Shown here in pieces: positions 47,380-57,243 of a DNA stretch of 64,000 nucleotides. Position 1 is the stretch's first letter. The number at the start of each line of letters is the position of its first letter. The DNA comes from an uncultured Planctomycetales bacterium (GTDB lineage Bacteria; Omnitrophota; Gorgyraeia; Zapsychrales; JBDRMG01): NCBI GenBank assembly GCA_964478715.1, contig CAYZIY010000005.1, forward strand, positions 19,832 through 83,831. The letters run 5' to 3'. The notes beneath the pieces were generated by a model. It had not been told where the DNA came from and ran no database searches. It worked only from the letters and a program-made list of their open reading frames with translations. A program made the translations under genes and the position numbers.

Positions 47380-50300
47380 TGAAAATAACATTTGTTTATC
47401 CCCGTTTTGAGAAATTTCTCAGCAATAATCCTGAATTCGACCAGGGTGTGGTCGATTATTTTCTGGGGAATTTTACGACGCCGCCGTCTTTAGGCATTCC
47501 GATTATGGCATCCTGGACCCCGCCTGATATAGAAACCGAATTAGTGGATGACAATAGCGGAGACACCCTTGATTACAGCGCACCAACAGATTTGGTGGCT
47601 ATCAATTGTTTTACGCCTCAAGCCACGCGTGCTCTGGAGATTGCCGATGGCTATCGGGCTCATGGGAAAAAAGTAATTATGGGTGGATTTTTCCCTTCGT
47701 TTATGGTCGACGAATGTTTTCAATATGCGGATGCGGTTTGCGTCGGAGAGGTCGAACCAATTTGGGAATCTGTGATTGAAGATATGCGTTGTGGAGAGCT
47801 GAAGAAGAAATATGTTGGCGGATGCCGTTTCGATCTTTCCAAAATGCGTATCCCTAAGCGCGATATTTTTTATAATAAACATAATTATGACTGGGATGAA
47901 GACCTTGTCCAGATTACGCGCGGCTGTTCGTATAGCTGTGCGATGTGCGCGATCCCTGCTCATATGGGGCCGCGGATTCGCCTGCGTCCCATCGATCATG
48001 TTATCCAAGAGATCAAAACACTGAAATATGACAATGTATATCTGGCCGACGATGTGTTGTTTTTCCCGCAGAGAAGAATATATGATTATGTCACCCAACT
48101 CTTAGAAGCCCTTATCCCTTTAAATAAAAAATATTTTGTCAGCTCGACGATGGCGTTAAGAACTGATCCCAAGTTCCTGGATTTGGTCGCTAAAGCGGGC
48201 GTGCGCAATTTCTACTGCACCATGAACGTTGATCCCGTATCGATTAAGGCTATTCAAGGAGGAAAAAAGGAACAACAGATGCTCTGTGATCTGGTCAAAA
48301 ATATTGAAGAGCGCGGCATTCGTTTTTTTGGGTCTTTTGCGATCGGCCGCGATTGGGATGACACAAGCATTGCTGATCGTATTATTGATTTAAGCAACAA
48401 AGCTAATATCCGCACATCCGAATTCTTTTTGTTTACGCCGTATCCGGGTACCGTTCATTGGGAAAGGCTTGAGCGTCAGGGAAGAATTTTTGATCGCAAT
48501 TGGAGCCACTATAACGGTGCTCATGTAGTGGCCCATCATCCAACGCTTAGCGATGAACAGCTCTATGGTCAATTCGTGAAAATTTGGAAAGAGTTCTTTA
48601 AGAAAAATAAAGATCAGCATGCCGTGCATATGGCTCCCATTGAATATGAGGGAGGCAAAGTTGTCGCCGGTAAGCAGCTTCGAAAAAAGGGCATTAGAGG
48701 CCAAGCGGTGATCACCGGAGTCGGTTTTCTCAGTCCGATTGGCAGTGACAAAGAAACACTTCTGGATTCTTTGAAAAATGGTCGCCACGGCATTGCGCCA
48801 ATAACCAAATTTAACGCATCTCATTTTTCCACTAATCTTGGTGCGGAGATTAAAAATTTTGATCCCCAAGAATATTTGAGTGATTCTGAGCGTCGAGAAT
48901 ACGATGATGCCTATATCCAGTACGGAATTGTCGCTGCCCGTAAAGCCCTTCAGGACGCCGGTTTTCCGTTAGGAGAAGCCCCAAACAATCGCGACACAGC
49001 GATGGTTCTGGGAACTTGCAATGGCGGTCTCTTATCCGGAGAAAAAGAATACAGATGGATCCACGGCCAATCGGATGTTCCCTTTGATGAAAAGATGAAT
49101 TTGCTGGTTAAGTATTACGGATTCGGAAAGGCTATGGCGCATGCCCTAGGTATTGGCGGAGAATTATGGATGGTCACAACGGCGTGTTCTTCGACCACAG
49201 CAGCGATAGGGTTGGCTCACATGCTGATCCGCCGAGGATATTATAAAAAGGTTCTGGTCGGCGGATCGGATAGCTTAAGTTTGGCCAGCATGTCAGGATT
49301 TCATGGCCTGAAAGCACTCTCTTGTGGTCAGACTGCTCCGTTTTCTTTACCGGTTGGTTTAAACATCGGAGAAGCCGCTTGTTTTTGGGTTGTGGAAGAG
49401 ATGGAACATGCTTTGCTGCGGCATGCGCGTTGCTATGCAAAAATTGCCGGCCATGCCACTACCTCTGATGCCTATCATCCAACGGCTCCCGATCCTAGAG
49501 GGGATGGTGTATTTCGTACATTGTCCCGCGCTCTTAATCATGCCGGGATTGACTTAAACCATATCGGCTATATCAATGCGCACGGGACTGGAACGGAAGC
49601 CAATGACAGAGCGGAAAGCAAAGGAATTACTAAGTTTATAAACAATCACTCTATTCCTGCTGTTTCGCTGAAGTCATATTTTGCCCATTGCATGGGGGCA
49701 ACCGGCATTCTGGAGGCGACCTGCAGCCTTCTGGCTATGGAAGAAAACTTCATTCCGCCGACGATTAATTTTACACAAGGACGTCCGGGATGCACGCTTG
49801 ATTATGTTCCAAATAATTTTCGAAACAAAGAACACAAAGCCTTTATATCCGCCAATTATGCCTTTGGGGGTAATAATGCGGCGGCAGTTATAACCCAATG
49901 GAATTTTCCGACACCTCCTGTTACAAACAGCACCCAGCGGGTTGTGATTACCGGTGTGGGGGCCATTTCTTCTCTTGGCACGACCATGGAAGAAAATCTA
50001 ACAGCGTTACGCGAGGGTAAGCGTGGAATTGGCTCTATCAAACGATTGAACCTGAAGAATATGAAGTCCGAACTCGCCGGTTTGGTTCCAGAGTTCAACT
50101 CCCAAGACATCGATCGGCGTCTTGATTTTTCTCATATGAATCCGATCAGCAAATTTGCCACAGCAGCGGCCAAGCGGGCGCTTGATAATTCAGGTATCCG
50201 TGTGAGCAGAAGCAATGCCGATAAAATCGGTATTGCCATGGGCGTTTGCAGTGGGCCTTCAGAAGAGAGTCACATGAATAAACTGTTTACCAGCGGAAAA

Positions 50301-51155
50301 TATGAAGCAGATATCAGCTGTTTTTCTAACATCACGGCTAACTCTACGGCCGGCTGGGTGTCCAATGCTTTGTATTTAAAAGGCGTAAATATTTCTTTGG
50401 CGCCGGGTCATCATGCCGGTCTGCAGGCCTTGGCCTATGCTTTTGATGCGTTGGCAGAAGGTCAGGCCGATCAAATGGTGGTTGGTGCTGCTGAAGAGGT
50501 TTATCCTAATAATTATTGGAAATATGATCTGATCAATTATTTGTATACGGGCGAGCAGGAACATGACTACCGCCTGAGGTTAGACAATGCCAAACAAAAA
50601 GTGATCGGAGAAGGCGCTGGCATGATGGTTATGGAGCCGCTTCATATGGCCCAAAGCCGAGGGGCTCCCATCCTCGGAGAGGTGCTCGGCTATGGAATGT
50701 CTATGGATGGGGGGTCATTTCTTAAACAGAATCTGGATACGCACGGCTTACGCCATGCGTGTGAATTGGCAATACAAAGATCGAATAGTAAAGAGGACGA
50801 TATTGATCTGGTCGTCTGGGCTCCGCAAGGAAACGTTCAGGATAAGAAGGTGATGGATGTTTGCAAAGATATTTTCAAAGAGTGTTATGAACATGTGCCT
50901 TTGGTGACAACCACATTTCATACCGGATATATCGAAAGTGTTTCGATTATCCTTACGCTGGCGTGTGTTCTTTCGGCTATAAAGGAGGATTCTGATCTCT
51001 GGCCGCAAATAACCGGTATTAAGGAGATCGATCAAAAACCATTGAATAAAAAACCTCAGAATATTCTGGTTTTAGGCAGCAGTGATGTAGGATATAACTT
51101 TGCTGTTGTGATTAAACCCGATCCGTTCGATAAACTCCCATCGATTTCTGCATAA
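47376..51155 (+). CDS. tri-domain protein: B12-binding radical SAM domain + beta-ketoacyl synthase (KS) + KS-like chain-length-factor domain
   Basis: By manual count: aa 1-~430 is a B12-binding-like Rossmann region plus a radical SAM core, with C184x3C188x2C191 (GCSYSCAMC at nt 47925-47948). aa ~443-845 (nt ~48702-49910) is a KS with Cys604 (TTACSST), His736 (NAHGTGT) and His771 (FAHCMGATG). aa ~856-1259 (nt ~49941-51152) is a KS-like domain with GVCSGPS but lacking the HGTGT histidine, i.e. CLF-like. Confidence 0.75.
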   Translation: MMKITFVYPRFEKFLSNNPEFDQGVVDYFLGNFTTPPSLGIPIMASWTPPDIETELVDDNSGDTLDYSAPTDLVAINCFTPQATRALEIADGYRAHGKKVIMGGFFPSFMVDECFQYADAVCVGEVEPIWESVIEDMRCGELKKKYVGGCRFDLSKMRIPKRDIFYNKHNYDWDEDLVQITRGCSYSCAMCAIPAHMGPRIRLRPIDHVIQEIKTLKYDNVYLADDVLFFPQRRIYDYVTQLLEALIPLNKKYFVSSTMALRTDPKFLDLVAKAGVRNFYCTMNVDPVSIKAIQGGKKEQQMLCDLVKNIEERGIRFFGSFAIGRDWDDTSIADRIIDLSNKANIRTSEFFLFTPYPGTVHWERLERQGRIFDRNWSHYNGAHVVAHHPTLSDEQLYGQFVKIWKEFFKKNKDQHAVHMAPIEYEGGKVVAGKQLRKKGIRGQAVITGVGFLSPIGSDKETLLDSLKNGRHGIAPITKFNASHFSTNLGAEIKNFDPQEYLSDSERREYDDAYIQYGIVAARKALQDAGFPLGEAPNNRDTAMVLGTCNGGLLSGEKEYRWIHGQSDVPFDEKMNLLVKYYGFGKAMAHALGIGGELWMVTTACSSTTAAIGLAHMLIRRGYYKKVLVGGSDSLSLASMSGFHGLKALSCGQTAPFSLPVGLNIGEAACFWVVEEMEHALLRHARCYAKIAGHATTSDAYHPTAPDPRGDGVFRTLSRALNHAGIDLNHIGYINAHGTGTEANDRAESKGITKFINNHSIPAVSLKSYFAHCMGATGILEATCSLLAMEENFIPPTINFTQGRPGCTLDYVPNNFRNKEHKAFISANYAFGGNNAAAVITQWNFPTPPVTNSTQRVVITGVGAISSLGTTMEENLTALREGKRGIGSIKRLNLKNMKSELAGLVPEFNSQDIDRRLDFSHMNPISKFATAAAKRALDNSGIRVSRSNADKIGIAMGVCSGPSEESHMNKLFTSGKYEADISCFSNITANSTAGWVSNALYLKGVNISLAPGHHAGLQALAYAFDALAEGQADQMVVGAAEEVYPNNYWKYDLINYLYTGEQEHDYRLRLDNAKQKVIGEGAGMMVMEPLHMAQSRGAPILGEVLGYGMSMDGGSFLKQNLDTHGLRHACELAIQRSNSKEDDIDLVVWAPQGNVQDKKVMDVCKDIFKECYEHVPLVTTTFHTGYIESVSIILTLACVLSAIKEDSDLWPQITGIKEIDQKPLNKKPQNILVLGSSDVGYNFAVVIKPDPFDKLPSISA

Positions 51156-51214
51156 TTCTGTGCCATTCACCATTTTCTTGTTGAACCTGTAAACTATTGT
51201 TTTTTTGCATGTTT

Positions 51215-51226
51215 CGTGTATAATTT
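51215..51226 (+). promoter_or_regulatory. extended -10-like element (GTGTATAATT) upstream of the ACP gene
   Basis: TATAAT at 51219-51224 preceded by TG. Suggests an internal promoter separating the megaprotein from the ACP-fabG-fabD unit. Confidence 0.35.
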
Positions 51227-51245
51227 ATAAATTTGAAAGGAGAAA

Positions 51246-51569
51246 TTGACGGTTATGGACAGCGCGATGCAAAATGCTATAGAAAAACGGGCCCGCGTGA
51301 TCAATGCGATGAAAGAAGAGCTGATCAAGCGACTCAATTTGCCCTACACTCCAGAAGACATGCACGAAGATATTTCGCTTTTTGGGGCAGGACTTGGCCT
51401 TGATTCGCTGGATGCGCTTGAGGTCGTTTTATGCGTTGAGCATTGTTTTGGTATTAAAATTCCCGACCATAATGTGGCGATTTTACGTTCAATTAATACC
51501 CTGGCCGATTATGTCATAGAACAAAAAGAAAAGACGGAGATAGCCCATGAGAACGCTCCCGCTTCGTGA
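51246..51569 (+). CDS. acyl carrier protein
   Basis: GLGLDSLDALEVVLCVEHCFGIKIPD (phosphopantetheine Ser in DSL). ~80-100 aa. Confidence 0.8.
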   Translation: MTVMDSAMQNAIEKRARVINAMKEELIKRLNLPYTPEDMHEDISLFGAGLGLDSLDALEVVLCVEHCFGIKIPDHNVAILRSINTLADYVIEQKEKTEIAHENAPAS

Positions 51570-52653
51570 TCTTTTGGCCGCTCAAGGGGCCTCTTTTAAA
51601 GAACGTTATGGGATCGAAGTTCCAACTGTCATTAGTGATCCCAAAAAGGAATATCATTTGATCCGCGATACGGTAGGCATTACGGATTTTTCTTTTATGC
51701 AGAAATACCGCATCTCCGGAGATACGGGCGTTGACCTGCTCGATCAATTGTTTGCAGGCAATGTGGCCAAAATCCGTTTTTGTCGAGTTTTACATACATT
51801 TCTTGCAAATAAACAAGGACAGCTAGTTGTTGATGCCTACATCGCCAATAATGATGAAGAGTTTATTGTCTTATGTGAAAGCATTATCGATGATGCCGCT
51901 TGCAAGGATCTTTGCAGGCTTAATGGTGATTCTGGCGGTCTCGAGGATTTAACCGACAGTCACGTAGTTTTCAGCATTGACGGGTATGATGCCTGGAAGG
52001 TTGTCAAAGATCTTTTTGGCGCCGACGTGCTTGGCTTGCCGTATCTTTCCGTAGAAACATACCCATTTGAAGATAGCTCTGTTTTCTTATTTCGCGCCGG
52101 AAAGACTTCTGAATTTGGCTATCTGGCCATGGCCCCCAAAGCAATCGGTCCACAATTAATGAACGCTTTGACTACCGCAGCCAAGCAGCATGGCGGCGGG
52201 CTTTGCGGAAGCAATATCCATCACGACCTACGCCTAGAAGGCCGTTTTTTTAATATTTATGCTGAAGGAAAAAGAGTCAGAGATCCGCTACCCCTTGGCT
52301 TGCAATGGATGATTGATTTTGACAAGGAATCTTTTCTGGGTCATCAAGTGATTCGCGAAAAACGCAAACAAGGTTTGAAGAATAAAATCATCGGTGTAAA
52401 GATCGCCGCTTCCAGCGGGGCTCTTAAGGTCGCAGATCCCGTTTTTGACCAAGAACAACAAGTAGCTTCCGTTGAAGCAGCATGCTTTTCCTATGTCCTT
52501 AATGCCCATGTCGGTTTGGCCTTGTTTCCTTTTTCTATGGCTTATGCCGGTTTAGCATTCCATCTCGGAAAGCCCGGTGGCCCCCGTCTTGATACCATTT
52601 CTATGCCTCCGATTATGCCCAAAAGTTTAAGCGTTAAGCTTGATGAAATGTAA
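51547..52653 (+). CDS. GcvT-family (aminomethyltransferase/YgfZ-like) folate-binding protein
   Basis: The collinear pattern TLPLRDLLAAQGASF...DFSFMQKYRISG...GYLAMAP...GLCGSNIHHDLRLEGRFF...PLPLGLQWMIDFDKESFLGHQVI...KIIGVKI matches the GcvT fold. Overlaps the ACP stop by 23 nt. Confidence 0.6.
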   Translation: MRTLPLRDLLAAQGASFKERYGIEVPTVISDPKKEYHLIRDTVGITDFSFMQKYRISGDTGVDLLDQLFAGNVAKIRFCRVLHTFLANKQGQLVVDAYIANNDEEFIVLCESIIDDAACKDLCRLNGDSGGLEDLTDSHVVFSIDGYDAWKVVKDLFGADVLGLPYLSVETYPFEDSSVFLFRAGKTSEFGYLAMAPKAIGPQLMNALTTAAKQHGGGLCGSNIHHDLRLEGRFFNIYAEGKRVRDPLPLGLQWMIDFDKESFLGHQVIREKRKQGLKNKIIGVKIAASSGALKVADPVFDQEQQVASVEAACFSYVLNAHVGLALFPFSMAYAGLAFHLGKPGGPRLDTISMPPIMPKSLSVKLDEM

Positions 52654-53123
52654 TGAGTGTTCAGGATCTAAACAGTTCAGAAGGCCGATTAATCAAACGC
52701 AAAATGAGAATCACGCCAAAACTGTATGAACTTGATATGCAGGGGGTGGTGTATAATGGTCACTATTTTAAATGGTTTGATCAAGCGCGCTTTGAAATCA
52801 TTTTGGAAATGATCTCTATTGATGAGATTCTTCAAACTGGTCTAACATTTATGATTTCGGAAAATCATTGTGAATATAAAAATTATGTGAGCTACGGTGA
52901 ACCTTTAGTGCTGCATACGTCGCATCGTATTCAGCCTGTGTATCAGGGCCGGTTGACTTTTCAACATTCGATTATGCATGAAAAAAAGAAGACCGAAATT
53001 GCCAGCGGCTATTCCAATCTGATTGTTGTGAATCAGAAAACAAAACAGCTGATTAAGGAAATGCCTGATTTTATCTGGCAAAGATATATCCATCTGCAAT
53101 CCAGCGGTGAACATGTCATTTGA
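52653..53123 (+). CDS. hotdog-fold acyl-CoA/ACP thioesterase (YbgC/4HBT-like)
   Basis: MQGVVYNGHYFKWFDQARFEIILEM matches the 4HBT pattern. ~150 aa. Confidence 0.6.
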   Translation: MSVQDLNSSEGRLIKRKMRITPKLYELDMQGVVYNGHYFKWFDQARFEIILEMISIDEILQTGLTFMISENHCEYKNYVSYGEPLVLHTSHRIQPVYQGRLTFQHSIMHEKKKTEIASGYSNLIVVNQKTKQLIKEMPDFIWQRYIHLQSSGEHVI

Positions 53124-53850
53124 TCATAAAGTTGTTGTTGTAACCGGCGGATCCAGAGGGATCGGTAAGGCTATCGTCGAGGCCTTCTGCGCACATAAGG
53201 CAAAGGTTTATTTCACATATCACAAAGATGAACAAGCGGCACAGGATCTAACAAATTCTTGCAAAGCTGTTGCCATCAAGTGCTCCCAAACGGATCTTGA
53301 GAGCATTGAAAAGACCGTAGAGTCCATCATTAAAGAGAATCAGTCGATCGATATTTTGATTAATAATGCCGGTATTACGTCAGATCAATTTCTGATGATG
53401 ATGACCTTTGATCAATGGGAAAAGGTCATTAATACCAATCTGCACGGGGCTTATCGTTGGGCCAAGATTGTGGGCCGGTCGATGTTGGCTGAGAGAAAAG
53501 GGGTTATGATCAATATCGCCAGTGTAGCCGGTTTGGTAGGCATTGCAGGGCAATCCAATTACGCAGCCAGCAAAGGAGGACTATTGGCCTTTACACGATC
53601 TATGGCTGCTGAGTTTGGACCCAGGGGTATTCGCGTGAATGCCGTTGTTCCCGGTTTTATCGAAACAGATATGACAGCCAAAATGTTCCGTCAGATTAAG
53701 CGACAAAACATCGAGAAAATTCTCCTGAAACGTTTCGGCAAACCCGAAGAAGTGGCCCAGGCGGTTCTGTTCTTATCCTCAGAAGGGGCCTCGTATATCA
53801 TTGGCCAATCTATCATTGTCGACGGTGGATTATCGGCCGTAGCAATCTAA
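53107..53850 (+). CDS. fabG: 3-oxoacyl-[ACP] reductase (SDR)
   Basis: VVVVTGGSRGIGKAI, NNAGIT, and the catalytic YAASKGG. Confidence 0.85.
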   Translation: MNMSFDHKVVVVTGGSRGIGKAIVEAFCAHKAKVYFTYHKDEQAAQDLTNSCKAVAIKCSQTDLESIEKTVESIIKENQSIDILINNAGITSDQFLMMMTFDQWEKVINTNLHGAYRWAKIVGRSMLAERKGVMINIASVAGLVGIAGQSNYAASKGGLLAFTRSMAAEFGPRGIRVNAVVPGFIETDMTAKMFRQIKRQNIEKILLKRFGKPEEVAQAVLFLSSEGASYIIGQSIIVDGGLSAVAI

Positions 53851-53852
53851 TT

Positions 53853-54806
53853 ATGAACAAAATAGTTTTTTTATTTCCCGGACAGGGATCCCAAGAGGTT
53901 GGTATGGGGCGGGATCTGTTTAAACAGGATGATGATTTCCGTGCGCTTATCAATGAAGCCAGCCAGCAAGCCGGGGAAGACCTTGAGCTTATCTGCTTAA
54001 GAGGACCGGCAAAAAAATTAGTGAGGCCGTCTTTGCTCCAGCCTTTACTTGTGGCGGTTAGCCTCGGGTATTTACGTCATGTCATAAGGAAAAATATTAT
54101 TCCTGATTTTGTGCTGGGGCATTCTTTGGGTGAAATCACGGCATTAGTTGCGGCCGGTATCATTGATGACCGCTTGGCTATTTCCATAGCCACCAAACGT
54201 GGCCAGTTGATGGATGAGGCAGCTACCGTCTGTGAAGGCGGCATGATGGCGATATTAGCAGTCGCCCCTGATAAAATTCAAGGCATCATAGATGACCTTG
54301 GTCTTGACAATCAAATAGTGATTGCGAATTATAATACGCTGGATCAGACGGTGCTGAGCGGTAAGCGATCTGCTTTTGATCAGTTGGTTGCGGAAATTCA
54401 TAAAGCCGGAGGAAAATGTAAGAAACTCAATGTCGCCGGGCCATGGCACAGCCCCTACATGCAAAACGCGTACGAACAGTTTCGCATATGGGTTGAGCCT
54501 TTGACATTCCAGTCACCCCAAATGCCCGTTATTCTTGATGGCACAGGCCAAGCAGAATCAGACCCCATTGTTATCAAACAGGCCATCACATCGAGCCTTA
54601 TTAATCCTGTTCAGTTTAGAAAATGCATGGAATATTGTCATGCGCAGTCCGTTAAGACCTTCCTTGAGATTGGACCGGGGCGGGTTTTGTCCGGACTGGT
54701 ACGCGCCAATGGATTTGAGGACACAACCCGCATCTACAAGGTCAATAATTACCGCGGTGTAGAATTGGTGGCCTCTGAATTATCTTCACAACCGCAATCC
54801 GCTTAG
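53853..54806 (+). CDS. fabD: malonyl-CoA:ACP transacylase
   Basis: FLFPGQGSQEVGMG and GHSLGEITALVAAG (active-site Ser). Confidence 0.85.
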   Translation: MNKIVFLFPGQGSQEVGMGRDLFKQDDDFRALINEASQQAGEDLELICLRGPAKKLVRPSLLQPLLVAVSLGYLRHVIRKNIIPDFVLGHSLGEITALVAAGIIDDRLAISIATKRGQLMDEAATVCEGGMMAILAVAPDKIQGIIDDLGLDNQIVIANYNTLDQTVLSGKRSAFDQLVAEIHKAGGKCKKLNVAGPWHSPYMQNAYEQFRIWVEPLTFQSPQMPVILDGTGQAESDPIVIKQAITSSLINPVQFRKCMEYCHAQSVKTFLEIGPGRVLSGLVRANGFEDTTRIYKVNNYRGVELVASELSSQPQSA

Positions 54807-54808
54807 AA

Positions 54809-55894
54809 TTAATCACAAGGTAGAGGGAAGTATTTATCGAGTCGGGAGAAAAGCATTTTGTCTCCTTGAATAACGAGCTTCTGATCCTTAAGCGCATTGC
54901 GCGCGTCGAGCTCTCGTAGGAAAATCTGTGACCACACATCACTCGTGGTGGTTATGCGCAGATGATAATCCTCCGATAGGCATTCTTTGACCGTACATTT
55001 TCCTTTATTGATTGTAATCGTAAAATGGATATTTCTATCAGTAAAATCAAATTGAACAGATGCTTTGATACGGGCTGTGGCTTGGGAATCAATGTGCCGG
55101 ACCATTTCGCTGATCAGAATGTAAGGATTTTTAAGAACATGGTTGTTGACGGAATTTGGATCCATAGCCTGCTTGCCTAGCGCTTGTGCTTCCTGCCAAT
55201 AAATGTTGGAATCCTCTAGAAAATGGGAAACATTTTCAGAAAGAGGCACACTGACATTGTTTATTATTGATTGTGAGATCTTACCCTGTGTCGCAAGCTC
55301 GGTGCCCGCGGTTCTAAAAGAAGACATTACAGTTCGAATCGTCTTGGGCTTTAAATAGGTAAATGGCAGCAGATAGGATTCACCGCGGATCAAGCCGCCA
55401 GCTAAAGGTAGGTTTAATCCTTCGGAAAAGAGTTCAAGCGTTTTACGGGCTCCTTCAAACGTATCTAAACCACGGAATGCCCCCACCAGGATATAGGCCA
55501 TTTTTTGTGGCCATTTTTTAGGATTGCGGATGGCGTTACGAATCTTATCTTGACCAGCGGGCAGATGCACATTTTTCATATAGGGCAATAAACGATCAAA
55601 GAATACTTTCAATGTGCCGCTGATACTGTAGATATATAAGGGTGTGGAGAAAACAACAATGTCGGCTTGTGTGAATGTTCCCATAGCAGAGGTCATATCA
55701 TCCTTATAAACGCATTGCCCGGGAGTTATCAGCCAACAATGATAACAACCCTTACAGGGATTGATTCTTTTGGTCGTTAAATCAATCTCTTGAACGTTGG
55801 CATTGCCTTGTTTCAGGCCTTCGATAAACAGATCGGTTAGCTGTTGGGTGTGGCCGTTTTTTCTGGGATTAGCGCGGATGATCAGGGCGTTCAT
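54809..55894 (-). CDS. flavodoxin-like NAD(P)H-dependent FMN reductase fused to SCP2-like lipid-binding domain
   Basis: N-terminal MNALIIRANPRKNGHTQQLTD...CKGCYHCW...VVFSTPLYIYSISGTLKVFFDR (iron-sulfur flavoprotein-like). C-terminal ~100 aa with SCP2-like NALKDQKLVIQGDKMLF. Confidence 0.55.
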   Translation of the reverse strand: MNALIIRANPRKNGHTQQLTDLFIEGLKQGNANVQEIDLTTKRINPCKGCYHCWLITPGQCVYKDDMTSAMGTFTQADIVVFSTPLYIYSISGTLKVFFDRLLPYMKNVHLPAGQDKIRNAIRNPKKWPQKMAYILVGAFRGLDTFEGARKTLELFSEGLNLPLAGGLIRGESYLLPFTYLKPKTIRTVMSSFRTAGTELATQGKISQSIINNVSVPLSENVSHFLEDSNIYWQEAQALGKQAMDPNSVNNHVLKNPYILISEMVRHIDSQATARIKASVQFDFTDRNIHFTITINKGKCTVKECLSEDYHLRITTTSDVWSQIFLRELDARNALKDQKLVIQGDKMLFSRLDKYFPLPCD

Positions 55895-56361
55895 AGCGTT
55901 CCTTCTACAGCTGCAAGAGTCAGGATACCTTTAGCAACGATTTTACGGCCAACGGTGGCTTCAACAGTGTAACTATAAAGCTGTTCAAATTGTTCACGAG
56001 TTTCCGAAATCAATTCAAGTGTTTCTCCCGGAAAAGCAGGGGAGGTGAATTTGACATTAGATGAGGCCAAGTAGAATATCTTGGGGGGTTCTTGCTGATT
56101 GCTGGGGATGGCTTTTTTACTGAAGCCTAAGAGCAACCCACTTGTTTGGGCTAAGGCATCCAGCACTAAGGCTCCGGGCATAATCGCTTTTTGCGGAAAA
56201 TGACCCTTAAACCATGGCTCATCTTCACGGATGAATCTTTCAGCAATGATAAGGTGATCCGGTTTGAATTTAATGACTCGATCAACAAAAAGAAAAGGAG
56301 GGCGATGGGGGATAATATCGAGGATCTCTTCTAATCTGAATAATGTATTTTTTTTCATCAT
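55891..56361 (-). CDS. fabZ: 3-hydroxyacyl-[ACP] dehydratase
   Basis: IIPHRPPFLFVDRVIKFKP...EPWFKGHFPQKAIMPGALVLDALAQ (catalytic His/Glu context). Confidence 0.85.
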   Translation of the reverse strand: MMKKNTLFRLEEILDIIPHRPPFLFVDRVIKFKPDHLIIAERFIREDEPWFKGHFPQKAIMPGALVLDALAQTSGLLLGFSKKAIPSNQQEPPKIFYLASSNVKFTSPAFPGETLELISETREQFEQLYSYTVEATVGRKIVAKGILTLAAVEGTL

Positions 56362-56415
56362 GAAGTATTTTCGATAAAGACTTCTAAAAAAAATATAGCC
56401 GATACATTGAGGAAG

Positions 56416-57243
56416 TTAATGGGAGCCAGCAGCATTCTTAACTGGATCAGAAGAAAAGGATGAAGTAAAATTCTCGACGGTAGTCAAGATATGGGCTGAT
56501 CCCCGACCAGACTCCAGTCCTTCATATTTCAACCAGACACGAGGCTTATCTTTACTATACCACAACAAAGTCGGCGGCACAAATTGGTCAACAATGGCAT
56601 TGAGAAAACCCATATCGGTATTTATTTTGATTTGCACAGTTTCTATTTTTTGTGATTCAACCATGATAGAGTCTTCTTTAAGTAATTCGGCTTTTAACTT
56701 ATAGAGACCTGGTTCGCTGCTGACAAAATGAAAACGTATCGTTTCTCCAGCTATCAAATCATCAAGAAAAGGTTTTAAAAAATAAATAAGGGTGGCATAA
56801 TCTGTTGTGCGCTCCTTTAGAGGCAAAGATTGTTGTTCGATTATGTTCATATTCTCGTCCAAGCGTCTGATATGGATAATCTTATCTTGATAATCGTAAT
56901 CATTTTTAAGAGTGGAGATAATCCGATTTTCTCTATTTCTAATTGTAAAGAGAGTATAAAGTGGACAAAGAAGATCTTCTCTGCTTTCTGTTTGGGATTC
57001 AAGCTTCCAGCTTATATCGTTGAATGATCCGTAATTTCCCAGACCAGCTTCCTTAAGGACAAAGCGATCATTACTTAGATGCTTAAAATTTCCATCAAGG
57101 CGAGAGCGCATGACCTTGGTCTTTTTGTCGATTGATATTTGTTGATACGTTTCGACTTCAGGCCAAAGGAATTGGCCTAAGCATGGGCTGCAGCAGGAAA
57201 GGATTCCTAAGACAATGGCTGATTGGCGAATAAGCCTTTTCAT
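56416..57243 (-). CDS. secreted hypothetical protein (paralog A of 62274-63107)
   Basis: Signal peptide. Shares the blocks YDYQDKII and L/IDDVLDQFVKPT..WY..........WLKYEG with the paralog. Confidence 0.5.
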   Translation of the reverse strand: MKRLIRQSAIVLGILSCCSPCLGQFLWPEVETYQQISIDKKTKVMRSRLDGNFKHLSNDRFVLKEAGLGNYGSFNDISWKLESQTESREDLLCPLYTLFTIRNRENRIISTLKNDYDYQDKIIHIRRLDENMNIIEQQSLPLKERTTDYATLIYFLKPFLDDLIAGETIRFHFVSSEPGLYKLKAELLKEDSIMVESQKIETVQIKINTDMGFLNAIVDQFVPPTLLWYSKDKPRVWLKYEGLESGRGSAHILTTVENFTSSFSSDPVKNAAGSH

